NCBI GenBank assembly: GCA_016870355.1
Contig: VGBR01000003.1
Location: 4,653 to 68,652, forward strand
Source of the DNA: Actinomycetota bacterium
GTDB taxonomy: Bacteria; Actinomycetota; Acidimicrobiia; IMCC26256; PALSA-555
Length of the DNA stretch: 64,000 bases
Direction of reading: 5' to 3'
The translations under genes and the position numbers were made by a program. Below are positions 1 to 12,756 of this stretch, in pieces (position 1 is the first letter of the stretch; each line of letters begins with the position of its first letter). The notes below the pieces were generated by a model. That model saw only the letters and a program-made list of their open reading frames with translations. It searched no databases and had not been told where the DNA came from.

Positions 1-358
1 ATCCTGCGACGACCGCTACGCGCGCGTCGCGCGCGGCACCGTCGAGTGCCAGCGCCGCTGCCAGCGCGGGCTCTTCGTCGCCGACCACCGCGACGGGTCT
101 TCCCGCTGAGACCGCGGCGCGCGCGACAGGAAGCGACGGCGCGCCCGGAAGTGCCGTGGCCACCGCGTCCACTTCATCCAGGCCACTCGGTGGCCAGGGC
201 GCGACGTGCGCGGAAGGCCCGAGCGCTCGTGCAAGCGCCTGCGCTCGTTCCGGCGTGCGGTCAGCGACGAGCACGTCGTCGACGCCTTCGGTGTCGACGA
301 GCTGACGACCCGCCCGGGCGCCGACCGCGCCGGCTCCCACCAGCAGGACTCGGGTCAC
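1..358 (-). CDS. NAD(P)-binding Rossmann-fold protein (saccharopine-dehydrogenase-like), N-terminal part; continues beyond the left edge
   Basis: Absent from the ORF track because there is no stop in the window. The minus frame from GTG at 358 reads VTRVLLVGAGAVGARAGRQLVDTEGVDDVLVADRTPERAQALARALG..., which has a GxGxxG N-terminus. Codon position 3 is strongly G/C-biased. Confidence 0.5.
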   Translation of the reverse strand, partial: MTRVLLVGAGAVGARAGRQLVDTEGVDDVLVADRTPERAQALARALGPSAHVAPWPPSGLDEVDAVATALPGAPSLPVARAAVSAGRPVAVVGDEEPALAAALALDGAARDARVAVVAG

Positions 359-495
359 CGAAAGTCGGGGCCCTCGAGCTCCCGCCAGCCGCCGCTGGTG
401 ACTGCCACACCCTTGCCGCGTGTGCGCACCACGAGACCGACCAGCACAGCCATCACCGCGACCAGGAGTCCGCGACGGAGCGACGACCCTTTCAC
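355..495 (-). CDS. small hypothetical single-TM protein (46 aa)
   Basis: GTG at 495; reads VKGSSLRRGLLVAVMAVLVGLVVRTRGKGVAVTSGGWRELEGPDFR*. Its TGA overlaps the GTG of the downstream Rossmann CDS (GTGA). A TACACT hexamer lies 7 nt upstream, suggesting a leaderless transcript. Below the track length cutoff. Confidence 0.25.
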   Translation of the reverse strand: MKGSSLRRGLLVAVMAVLVGLVVRTRGKGVAVTSGGWRELEGPDFR

Positions 496-502
496 GGCGC
501 TG

Positions 503-508
503 AGTGTA
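503..508 (-). promoter_or_regulatory. candidate -10 hexamer TACACT
   Basis: Plus-strand agtgta equals minus-strand TACACT, 7 nt upstream of GTG 495. The same hexamer recurs upstream of gyrB, trxA and the 38995 gene. Confidence 0.3.
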
Positions 509-548
509 CTGACGAATCCCGCGGGGATACCCGGCGACGAAGAGCCAG

Positions 549-622
549 TGGGGCTACGTGGAATCGAACCACGGACCTCATCCTTATCAGGGATGCGCTC
601 TAACCGGCTGAGCTATAGCCCC
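549..622 (-). tRNA. ileT: tRNA-Ile (anticodon GAU)
   Basis: The reverse complement reads GGGGCTATAGCTCAGCCGGTTAGAGCGCATCCCTGATAAGGATGAGGTCCGTGGTTCGATTCCACGTAGCCCCA. It folds as a cloverleaf with a TTCGATT T-loop and anticodon loop CTGATAA. CCA is not encoded. Confidence 0.95.
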
Positions 623-716
623 GGAAGCGAGTGAAGAAGTGTAGTGGTGTCGTGTGACTCTGCCTCCGACGCCACGGCGCCGACGCAGCTCGCGGCGTCG
701 ACCATGAAGGCGATGG

Positions 717-1481
717 TTATTGGCGCGGTGACGCTTCCTCTTCGCGAACGATGAACTCGATGCCGCCGAAGAGCTCGGCGAAGATGTTGTAGAAGGACGC
801 CGCGACCACCGTCACGATCACCTGGATCGCGACGACCACGAGCCCGATGAGGATCGTGCCGCGCAGCACCTCCGCCGACAGGAACTGGAAGGAGTCCTTC
901 TTGGCCGAGAGCAGCTCGCCGATGAACTCTTCGATGTCACCGATGATGCCGGTGGCGTCGGCGATGACCCAGAGCGCGATCAGCGCGACGAGCGTCACGA
1001 ACATGGCGCTCAGGTAGAAGCAGAGCGAGAGCTTGGTCACCGACCACAGGTCGACTTTGACCAAGGTCTGCCGGTACTGCCGCTGTGAGTTCGGCGCCAT
1101 CGTGGGACGCACGGTGGTGACCGGTCGAGCGGCGGCGCGGCGCCGGCTGCGACGGGGACGAGCGTCCTCTTCGTCGGCTTCGAGGTCGAGCTCGGTAGGA
1201 GCGATGTCGGCAATCGGGTCGGCGAACTTGGGTGCGGACGGGGCGGGTGCGGGAGGCGGAGTCGGCTTCGGCGCGGGCGGCTGGAGGTCCTCGGGAGGAG
1301 CAGCCGCTGGACTGGGCGAGTCGGGGTCGCGGCAAGGACGCTGGGGCGGAGGCGGTGCGCCGGGCCCGCCCGCGCCAGAGGAGACCGATCCACCCTTGCT
1401 CGGCGCGCGCGGCGCGTCGATGCGAACACCCTCAGCGGGCGCGCCAGAAGGGGCGGTGAGGTCTTCGGGGGTCTTGGACAA
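717..1481 (-). CDS. DUF3566-type transmembrane protein (Rv0007-like), Pro/Ala-rich N-terminus
   Basis: C-terminal VKVDLWSVTKLSLCFYLSAMFVTLVALIALWVIADATGIIGDIEEFIGELL is typical of DUF3566. It sits downstream of gyrA as in mycobacteria. TTG start at 1481 with GGAGAG about 8 nt upstream. Confidence 0.85.
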   Translation of the reverse strand: MSKTPEDLTAPSGAPAEGVRIDAPRAPSKGGSVSSGAGGPGAPPPPQRPCRDPDSPSPAAAPPEDLQPPAPKPTPPPAPAPSAPKFADPIADIAPTELDLEADEEDARPRRSRRRAAARPVTTVRPTMAPNSQRQYRQTLVKVDLWSVTKLSLCFYLSAMFVTLVALIALWVIADATGIIGDIEEFIGELLSAKKDSFQFLSAEVLRGTILIGLVVVAIQVIVTVVAASFYNIFAELFGGIEFIVREEEASPRQ

Positions 1482-1571
1482 GAGTTTTTCTCTCCGCTCT
1501 CGGCCCTACGGGCCGGGCCGCTCGGGCCACGCTCCCTGGGGCCGCAGGTTACCTGCGGCGCGTACGGTCGC

Positions 1572-4040
<2,469 letters not shown>

Positions 4041-4117
4041 GAGCTCGCGCTACCTCCGCGTCTGGTCGATTCCGCTCCAGCGTCCCGACCGTCCGGCCAC
4101 GCCTCCGCTGCATCTCC

Positions 4118-6175
<2,058 letters not shown>

Positions 6176-6279
6176 CGCGCGCTGGTCCTCGGGGGCTCGC
6201 TAGGGGCTGGGGGAGAGCGGTGCCGAATCGGGCTCTGATCCGCAAAAGTGCAGGTCAGAGGCCCAAACTGACACCTCGT

Positions 6280-6288
6280 AGTGTACCA
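6280..6288 (-). promoter_or_regulatory. candidate extended -10 (TGGTACACT) of gyrB
   Basis: An AT-rich patch in a GC-rich spacer about 100 nt upstream of the gyrB TTG. The hexamer TACACT is shared with other putative promoters in the window. Confidence 0.3.
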
Positions 6289-6331
6289 GAAGACTGCCCT
6301 GATCGACGCGCACGGCGGGGCTCGAACGCGC

Positions 6332-6673
6332 TCAGGGAGTGGGGTCTACCACCACTCGCACACTACGTACGACGTCGCGACCGGTGACGTCCTCGATGCG
6401 CGCCTTGAGCGTCTCTTCTTGGTACTTCAGCTCGGTCGCCCAGGCCGGCGCGTCGACGGCGATCGTTGCGATTCCGTCGCGGACCCCGCGCAGCCGCGCG
6501 TGCGGCGCGACCGCTGGACCCACGACCTCGACCCAGCGCTCGCTGAGCGCGGTCATCGCGTCGGGTGCTGGGAGCCCGAGCTCCTCGCCGACCTCGCCGA
6601 GCGCCTCGCCGATCGAGACCGGATCCTCGTCGGGATGGGCACGGGGCCGGCGCGCTCGGCGCGGGGGGTTCAC
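6332..6673 (-). CDS. dciA: DUF721/DciA-family protein (Rv0004-like)
   Basis: C-terminal LSERWVEVVGPAVAPHARLRGVRDGIATIAVDAPAWATELKYQEETLKARI is DUF721-like. The track ORF (6332..6967) is over-extended into recF. The GTG at 6673 overlaps the recF TGA (GTGA). Confidence 0.8.
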   Translation of the reverse strand: MNPPRRARRPRAHPDEDPVSIGEALGEVGEELGLPAPDAMTALSERWVEVVGPAVAPHARLRGVRDGIATIAVDAPAWATELKYQEETLKARIEDVTGRDVVRSVRVVVDPTP

Positions 6674-7776
6674 TCGGTCACCAAACGACCCGACCCGACC
6701 TGCACTCGCTGCTGCGCATGCACGCCGTCGGGCAATACGCCCGCGGTCGTGACGATCGTCTGACCGGGCGGGAGCTCGCGCACGAGCGCGTCGGCCCGGT
6801 CGGGATCCAGCTCGCTGAACACGTCGTCGAGCAGCAGCACGGGGGGGTCGTCGAGGACCTCGGCGGTGAGTCGGTGTCCCGCCAACCGCATCGACAGGGC
6901 GAGGGTGCGCTGCTCGCCCTGGGACGCCTGGGTCCGGCTGTCGAACCCGCCGACCTCGAGCCGCCACTCGTCGCGGTGCGGCCCGACCAGCGTGAGGCCG
7001 CGGTCAACCTCCTGACGATGGCGCTGCGCCAGCGCACCGCGCATCAGCTCCGGTACCGAGTCGTGCTCGGGAGTGCCGCCCTCGGCCCACTCGGCCGCGT
7101 ACCGCGCGCCGATCGACTCCGTGGCCGGCGCGAGTGCGCGGTACGCGGCATCGAGCAGCGGCCCCAGCCGCGCGACGAGGGCCAGCCGGCCAACCACGAG
7201 CTCACTTCCGGTCTGGACGAGCTGGTCGTCGAACACCGCGAGGGTGGCCCGCGCGTCGGGGTCGCGCAGTCCGCCTTTGAGCAGCGCGTTGCGCTGGCGG
7301 ACGATCTTCTCGTACTCCTTGCACGTCGCCTGGAAGCGCGGCGCCGTCGCCATGAGCAGGTCGTCGAGGTAGTCGCGCCGACCACCAGGTGCGCCCTTGA
7401 CGAGCGACAGGTCATCGGGCGCGAAGACCGTGACCCGCAGGCAGTCGAGCAGGTCGCGGGTGCGAGCGATGGAGTGCTTGTCGACCAGGATCCGGTTCCG
7501 GCCCACCGCCCGCACCTCGGCCTCAACCGTTCGGTGCCGATCCCCCGCCGCCCGGACGTCGGCCCGGACGACAGCCTGCTCCGCCCCGCTGCGGACGAGT
7601 GCAGAATCGTGCACGCCCCGGAACGATTTACCGAGCGCGGCCCAGCCGATCGCCTCCAGGAGGCTGGTCTTGCCGGCGGCGTTGCCCCCGACCACGGCGG
7701 TCACACCGTCCGCGAGCTCGAGGTCGGCCGAGGCGTAGCTCCGGAAGTCGGCGAGGGAGAGCGCGGTGACGCGCAC
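6670..7776 (-). CDS. recF: DNA replication/repair protein RecF
   Basis: 368 aa. Has Walker A GGNAAGKTSLLEAI, the signature SQGEQRTLALSMRLA and Walker B LLLDDVFSELD. Confidence 0.95.
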   Translation of the reverse strand: MRVTALSLADFRSYASADLELADGVTAVVGGNAAGKTSLLEAIGWAALGKSFRGVHDSALVRSGAEQAVVRADVRAAGDRHRTVEAEVRAVGRNRILVDKHSIARTRDLLDCLRVTVFAPDDLSLVKGAPGGRRDYLDDLLMATAPRFQATCKEYEKIVRQRNALLKGGLRDPDARATLAVFDDQLVQTGSELVVGRLALVARLGPLLDAAYRALAPATESIGARYAAEWAEGGTPEHDSVPELMRGALAQRHRQEVDRGLTLVGPHRDEWRLEVGGFDSRTQASQGEQRTLALSMRLAGHRLTAEVLDDPPVLLLDDVFSELDPDRADALVRELPPGQTIVTTAGVLPDGVHAQQRVQVGSGRLVTE

Positions 7777-7785
7777 CGTGCGCCG

Positions 7786-8883
7786 TCAGGCGATGCGCAC
7801 GGGCATCAACAAGTAGAGGAACTCCGCGTCGCCCCCCCGCAGGACAGCGGGCTTGAGCGGGTCGGTGGACTCGATCGTGATCTCCTGCGCCGCGGCGGCG
7901 GCCACCCCGTCGAGCAGGAATCGCGAGTTGAACGCGACGGTGAGATCGCTGCCCTCGTACTTCGCTTCGACCGGCTCGAACGACTGGCCGACGTCCTGTG
8001 CGGTGGCCGAGAGTTCGAGGCCGTCGGACGACATGGCCAGGCGGATCGGCGACGAGTCGCGGTTGGTGCCCCCGACGAGGCTCACCCGCTCGACCGCGCT
8101 GGTGAGCGCGTCGCGCTCGACGGTCAGCTTGTTCGGGTAGCCGCTGGGGATGAGCTGCTGGTAGTTCGGGAAGTCGCCCTCGATCAGCCGCGCCGACACC
8201 TCGGTGTTCGCGAGGCGGAATGTCACATCGCGCTCCCCCAGGAACACCTCGACATCGTCGTCACCGAGGAGCCGCTGGAGTTCGCCCAGCCCCTTCGCGC
8301 CGACGAGCACCTTCTGGCCTTCGGGCAGCAACGACATGCCGGCGAGGTCACGCACCGCGAGGCGGTAGGAGTCGGTCGCGACCAGCCGCACTCCATCGGC
8401 CGTCGACGTGACCAGCACGCCAGTGAGGATCGGTCGGGCATCGTCACGGGACGCCGCCGGCACCACCTGCCGGAGCCCTTCGGCCAGCGGCCCGCTTGCC
8501 ACCTTGACGGGATCGCCCTCATGCTCGGGCAACCGCGGGAAGTCGCTCGCTGCCAACGTCCTCAGCTCGGACCGGAACTTGCCCGCCTCGATCTTCGCCT
8601 GGTCGTCACCGATCTCGACCGTGACCCGACCGCTCTGCACCTTGGCCAACGTGTCGACCAGTAGTCGCGCCACGAGGACGGCCTTGCCCTCCCCTTCGAC
8701 GTCGGCATCGACCCGTGACCGGATGGTGAGCTCGAGATCAGAACCGGTGAACTCCACACTGCCCGGACTCAAGGTCACCTGGAGACCAGAGAGCACCGGC
8801 AGGGCGCCGGCACGCGAGGCCACCGCTCGGTACGCGGTGCTGACGGCTCGCTCGAGCGTGTCCCGTTCGCAGACGAACTTCAC
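7786..8883 (-). CDS. dnaN: DNA polymerase III beta sliding clamp
   Basis: 365 aa, MKFVCERDTL...; three-domain clamp-like sequence. Located between dnaA and recF. GGGAGAA SD upstream. Confidence 0.97.
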   Translation of the reverse strand: MKFVCERDTLERAVSTAYRAVASRAGALPVLSGLQVTLSPGSVEFTGSDLELTIRSRVDADVEGEGKAVLVARLLVDTLAKVQSGRVTVEIGDDQAKIEAGKFRSELRTLAASDFPRLPEHEGDPVKVASGPLAEGLRQVVPAASRDDARPILTGVLVTSTADGVRLVATDSYRLAVRDLAGMSLLPEGQKVLVGAKGLGELQRLLGDDDVEVFLGERDVTFRLANTEVSARLIEGDFPNYQQLIPSGYPNKLTVERDALTSAVERVSLVGGTNRDSSPIRLAMSSDGLELSATAQDVGQSFEPVEAKYEGSDLTVAFNSRFLLDGVAAAAAQEITIESTDPLKPAVLRGGDAEFLYLLMPVRIA

Positions 8884-9109
8884 GTAGTGGTTCTCCCAGT
8901 CCTGTCTCTACAAAAAAGAGATCTTTGGTGTAGCAGTAGTAGGGGCTGTGGATTGTGGAGAGAGAGTCATCGTCGCAGGTGAGTGTGACGATGCCCGTCC
9001 ACAGACTCTCCACCATGGTCCCCAGGTGCGGCAGTGGTGACCCCGCGATCCATACGCTCCCTGCCCGAATCGCGCCGGCAATCCCCAGTCCTCCACAGCG
9101 TTATCCACT
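8884..9109. other. oriC: candidate oriC (dnaA-dnaN intergenic)
   Basis: DnaA-box-like 9-mers with a TCCACA core: TGTGGATTG 8947-8955, TGTGGAGAG 8954-8962, CCGTCCACA 8995-9003, CTCTCCACC 9006-9014, TCCTCCACA 9089-9097, TTATCCACT 9101-9109. An AT-rich stretch ctctacaaaaaagagatctttggtgtagcagtagtagg lies at about 8907-8944. Confidence 0.7.
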
Positions 9110-10540
9110 GCTGCCGAGGCGGACTCGTCCGATCAGGTCGCTGACCTGTTCAAACGTCACGTGCTTCTCGGCCATCTGCTCGCGGATCTTGTCGACGGCG
9201 TACATCACGGTGGTGTGGTCGCGGCCACCGAAGGCCGCGGCGATGCGGGGGTAGCTGAAGTCGGTCACCTCCCGCATCACGTACATGGAGATCTGCCGGG
9301 CGGTGACCAGGGGCCGGCGCCTGCTCTTCCCGCAGAGATCGTCGACGGTGAAGCCGAACATCTTGGCGGACTCGTCGAGGATGAGGTCGGCGGTGATCGC
9401 TCGCGGCTGGGTCGCGGGCAGCAGGTCGGCCAGCACGGTACGGGCGACTTCCTCCGAGAGGGCGGCGCGGTTGAGGCTGGAGTAGGCGGCCACCCGGATC
9501 AGGGCGCCCTCGAGCTCGCGAATGTTGTCGCGCACGTTGCTGGCAATGAACCCGAGGACCTCGTCGGGGATCCCGTCGAGCTTCTCCATGCCAGCCTTCT
9601 TTCGGAGGATGGCGAGGCGGGTCTCGAACTCGGGCGGCTGGATATCGGTGATGAGGCCCCATTCGAATCGGGTGCGCAGCCGGTCCTCGAGCGTCGCGAT
9701 CGACTTGGGGGAGCGGTCGGAGGAGATCACGATCTGGCCGCCCTCGTTGTGGAGCTGGTTGAACGTGTGGAAGAACTCCTCTTGGAGCTCTTGGGTGCGT
9801 TCCAGGAACTGGATGTCGTCGATGAGCAGCACGTCGAGGTCGCGGTAGCGCCGCTTGAAGACGGGCATGCGCGTGCGCTCGCGGATCGCCTCGACGAAGT
9901 CGTTCATGAACGACTCGGTGGACACGTACCGGACGCGCTTCTTGGAGTACAGGCTGCGGACGTGGTGGCCGATCGCCTGCAGCAGGTGGGTCTTGCCGAG
10001 GCCGGCGGGCCCGTAGATGAAGAGCGGGTTGTAGGCCTGGGAGGGGGCTTCGGCGACCGAGAGCGCGGCCGCGTGAGCGAACCGGTTCGACGCGCCGATC
10101 ACGAACTGGTCGAACGTGTAGCGCGGGTTCAGCGTGCCTGACGCCCAGGTCGACTCGCTGGGTGACGACGGCGCGACCGCCGTCTCCACCGTCGGTTCGG
10201 CGGCAGGCACGGGGCCGGCGGGCCGCACAGGGTCGTCGGTGCGGGCGTCGGTGTCGACGAGGAACTCGACCGCGACGTCTCGACCCGTCGCGCCGCGCAG
10301 CGCGCCGTCGAGCATGGGGTGGTACGCCGACCGGATCCGCTCGGCCGCGAGGGCGCTGGGCACCGCGAGGACGAGGACGTCGTGCTGGAAGCGCAGCGGC
10401 CGCACCCCTTGAAACCAGGCGTGCCAGGTGGCGTCGGCGAGCTCAGCCCTGAGATGGGGCGCGGCCTGCTCCCAGATGCGTTCAGCGAGGTCGTCGGCCG
10501 CCGCCGCGACCGAATCAAGGTTGTCCACAGGCACGTCCAC
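9101..10540 (-). CDS. dnaA: chromosomal replication initiator DnaA
   Basis: Has AAA+ GPAGLGKTHLLQAIGH, LLIDDIQFL and the C-terminal HTH HTTVMYAVDKI. The track ORF (611 aa) is over-extended. The conserved N-terminus (DDLAERIWEQ...TWHAWFQGVRP) begins just after three in-frame GTGs at 10540, 10534 and 10528; the exact start is uncertain. Confidence 0.93.
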   Translation of the reverse strand: MDVPVDNLDSVAAAADDLAERIWEQAAPHLRAELADATWHAWFQGVRPLRFQHDVLVLAVPSALAAERIRSAYHPMLDGALRGATGRDVAVEFLVDTDARTDDPVRPAGPVPAAEPTVETAVAPSSPSESTWASGTLNPRYTFDQFVIGASNRFAHAAALSVAEAPSQAYNPLFIYGPAGLGKTHLLQAIGHHVRSLYSKKRVRYVSTESFMNDFVEAIRERTRMPVFKRRYRDLDVLLIDDIQFLERTQELQEEFFHTFNQLHNEGGQIVISSDRSPKSIATLEDRLRTRFEWGLITDIQPPEFETRLAILRKKAGMEKLDGIPDEVLGFIASNVRDNIRELEGALIRVAAYSSLNRAALSEEVARTVLADLLPATQPRAITADLILDESAKMFGFTVDDLCGKSRRRPLVTARQISMYVMREVTDFSYPRIAAAFGGRDHTTVMYAVDKIREQMAEKHVTFEQVSDLIGRVRLGSSG

Positions 10541-10551
10541 AGTTGTGGAGA
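10521..10551. promoter_or_regulatory. cluster of three DnaA boxes overlapping the dnaA start codons
   Basis: TTGTCCACA (10521-10529, plus), ACGTCCACA (10533-10541, plus), and TTCTCCACA on the minus strand (10542-10550). Confidence 0.6.
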
Positions 10552-10862
10552 ACTGCGGGGTCGGCCGCGGGCCTCCCCCTGGGCTGGTCCGGCCCGGAGG
10601 AGCCGGAACCCCCGCCGAGGAACTCGCCGCACGGGACCGGTTCGTGCGGTACGCGGCGGAACGTAGTGCCGCGGGCGCGCATGTGCAAGCGGAGCGCGAA
10701 GAACCGTCGCGGCGCGCGCGTCGAGACGGGGCGCGCGCCTCGAGCGCGCGCGGCCCCGCGTTGCCGGTCCCCTCGCCGCACTCGTAGACTCGTCGGCGAA
10801 CCGGCTCGCGACCCCCACCCCAACCTCGGTCGAGGGGTTCTGCCGGAACGAGGAGGCAACGG

Positions 10863-10997
10863 GTGAAGCGCACGTTCCAACCGAACACTCGAAAGCGGAA
10901 GAAGACCCACGGCTTCCGCCTCCGCATGCGTTCCAAGGGTGGACGCGCGGTGATTCGGTCGCGCCGACGGCGCGGCCGGAAGCGACTGTCAGCCTGA
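10863..10997 (+). CDS. rpmH: 50S ribosomal protein L34
   Basis: Not in the ORF track (44 aa). GTG start; reads [53 protein letters not shown] about 8 nt upstream. Confidence 0.95.
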   Translation: MKRTFQPNTRKRKKTHGFRLRMRSKGGRAVIRSRRRRGRKRLSA

Positions 10998-11320
10998 TCT
11001 GGCGCGTTCGCGACCGTGCAGCCTTCGCGGCCCTCTCACGGGCCCGCCGCCTTCGCCGTGGTCCGCTCACGCTGCGCCACGTCCCCGACCCGCAGGGTCG
11101 TCCGCCACGCGTCGCGTACGCGATCGGTCGCCCGATGGGCGGTGCCGTCGCGCGAAATCGCGCGCGGCGCCGGCTGCGCGCCGCGATCGAGCAGCTCGAC
11201 GTACGCCTGCCGGCCGGCGCGTACTTGTTCGGGGGCGATCAGGGCGTGTTGACGATGCCCTTCACCGAGCTCATCGCGGCAGTCGAGGGGCTCGTGGCCG
11301 AGCTGGACGAGCCCGGATGA
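10994..11320 (+). CDS. rnpA: RNase P protein component; start codon non-canonical or uncertain
   Basis: The frame reads (L)[29 protein letters not shown]...[26 protein letters not shown]... with the RNR motif. The track gives only 11135..11320. No ATG/GTG/TTG precedes 11135 in this frame. The CTG at 10994 overlaps the rpmH TGA (CTGA). Confidence 0.75.
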   Translation: MIWRVRDRAAFAALSRARRLRRGPLTLRHVPDPQGRPPRVAYAIGRPMGGAVARNRARRRLRAAIEQLDVRLPAGAYLFGGDQGVLTMPFTELIAAVEGLVAELDEPG

Positions 11321-11604
11321 CCGAGCCCATGTCCGCAAGGGGCGCCTCGGTGCCGGCGCGCCTCGTGATGTTGCCGGTGCGGGGCTGGCGCGTGGTGAGC
11401 ACGCGGCTGCCCCCACGGTGCCGCTTCCACCCGTCATGCTCGGCGTATGCGCTCGAGGCCCTGACGGTCCACGGCGCCGCCCGCGGCAGCTGGCTGGCTG
11501 CCCGTCGGGTCGGGCGTTGTCACCCGTGGAACCCGGGCGGGCTCGACCCCGTCCCACCTAGATCGAACGTACGTTCCCCCCGGTCGCCTGCCGCGACCGC
11601 CTGA
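11317..11604 (+). CDS. yidD: membrane protein insertion efficiency factor YidD
   Basis: Contains [15 protein letters not shown]...[19 protein letters not shown] overlap with the rnpA stop. Confidence 0.9.
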   Translation: MTEPMSARGASVPARLVMLPVRGWRVVSTRLPPRCRFHPSCSAYALEALTVHGAARGSWLAARRVGRCHPWNPGGLDPVPPRSNVRSPRSPAATA

Positions 11605-11616
11605 GAGAGGTCTTCG

Positions 11617-12747
11617 ATGCTCGACCCGCTCTACGACGCCATCGGTTGGCTGCTGTCGCTCTTCTACTCGGTGGTCCCCAACCTGGGGGTCGCGATCATC
11701 CTGCTCACGTTCACCGTGATGCTGATCCTGTACCCGCTGACCGCGAAGCAGGCCAAGTCGATGATGGCCATGCAGCGGCTCCAGCCAGAGATCAAGAAGC
11801 TCCAGGCCAAGTACAAGGGCGACCGCCAGAAGCTCAACGAAGAGATGATGAAGCTCTACCAGGAGGCCAAGGTCAACCCGCTCGCCGGGTGCCTGCCGCT
11901 CCTGGCGCAGATGCCGATCTTCATCTCGCTGTTCGGGGTCCTGCGGGACCCGCAGAAGTACGTGCCCCGGACCGGATCGCTCAGCGGGCTGCGCGACGCC
12001 CTCTGCGCCGGGTTCGGCGACTTCGTCGGGCGCTGCGGAGACACGGTCGGCAGGACCCTCGCCCAAGCATTCCCCGAGTTCGAGCGAGGCGACAAGTTCG
12101 TCAACCACCTCGAGTTCCTCGGCATCGATCTCCAGCTCACCGCCACCGACCCGCACGGCGGGTTCTTCGACGCGCTCCCGTACTTCCTGCTGGTCGTGCT
12201 GGTGATGCTGACCGGCTACCTGCAGAGCCGACAGGCCCAGAAGCGGACCCCGGTGACGAACAAGGGCATGGGCACCTTGATGAAGGTGCTCCCCGTCTTC
12301 TTCGGGCTCATCTCGTTGAACTTCCCTGCCGGCTTGGTCCTGTACTTCTTCGTGAGCAACCTCTGGCGCCTCGGCCAGCAAGAGGTCATCTTCAGTCGCC
12401 ACGGATCGGCGCTGCACGGCCCTGGCGGGAAGGCGCTCGAGGCCAAGAGCTCGGTGCGCCCGAGCAAGGCCGCGCCCCCCGAGGAGATCGAAGCCAGCGT
12501 GGCGGAGCCGGCGCCGGAGCATTCCGACGGCAACCGTTCCGGCCCGGCGCCCGATCGCGCGCCCGCGGCTGCGGGCCCGAAGGCCTCCGGTCTCCGAGGG
12601 ATGCTCTCGATGTCGGCGCCCCCGGCTTCGGGGCCCACGGGCCGCGGTCCTTCGGGGCCCACGTCCCCGGCGCCGTCGTCGGAGTCGACCGGCGGGAACC
12701 GGTCGAGCACCCCACGGCGGCGCAACAAGAAGAAGCGCAAGCGCTGA
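11617..12747 (+). CDS. yidC: membrane protein insertase YidC (short actinobacterial form) with a basic C-tail
   Basis: Contains ILLTFTVMLILYPLTAKQAKSMMAMQRLQPEIKKLQAKYKGDRQKLNEEMMKLYQEAKVNPLAGCLP and a C-terminal RRRNKKKRKR. Confidence 0.93.
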   Translation: MLDPLYDAIGWLLSLFYSVVPNLGVAIILLTFTVMLILYPLTAKQAKSMMAMQRLQPEIKKLQAKYKGDRQKLNEEMMKLYQEAKVNPLAGCLPLLAQMPIFISLFGVLRDPQKYVPRTGSLSGLRDALCAGFGDFVGRCGDTVGRTLAQAFPEFERGDKFVNHLEFLGIDLQLTATDPHGGFFDALPYFLLVVLVMLTGYLQSRQAQKRTPVTNKGMGTLMKVLPVFFGLISLNFPAGLVLYFFVSNLWRLGQQEVIFSRHGSALHGPGGKALEAKSSVRPSKAAPPEEIEASVAEPAPEHSDGNRSGPAPDRAPAAAGPKASGLRGMLSMSAPPASGPTGRGPSGPTSPAPSSESTGGNRSSTPRRRNKKKRKR

Positions 12748-12756
12748 GGCCGGGCG

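Noticed and set aside
16-634. Track ORFs 16..234 (-), 46..603 (+) and 206..634 (+)
   Set aside because: They are Arg/Pro-rich junk frames that overlap the tRNA-Ile and the better-supported minus-strand Rossmann CDS, which reads in another frame.
6565-8664. 699-aa ORF on the plus strand
   Set aside because: It is antisense to recF and dnaN, with an R/G/E/L-rich nonsense composition. An artefact of GC content.
9101-10936. 5'-extended ORF-track models (dnaA 611 aa, murJ 732 aa, trxB 342 aa, panB 492 aa, ssb 236 aa, rpsR 220 aa, ino1 386 aa, the 624-aa GT, and others)
   Set aside because: The extensions overlap upstream genes or intergenic DNA, are Arg/Pro-rich, and precede well-conserved N-termini that have their own SD or a GTGA/ATGA overlap. 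I trimmed them to internal starts.
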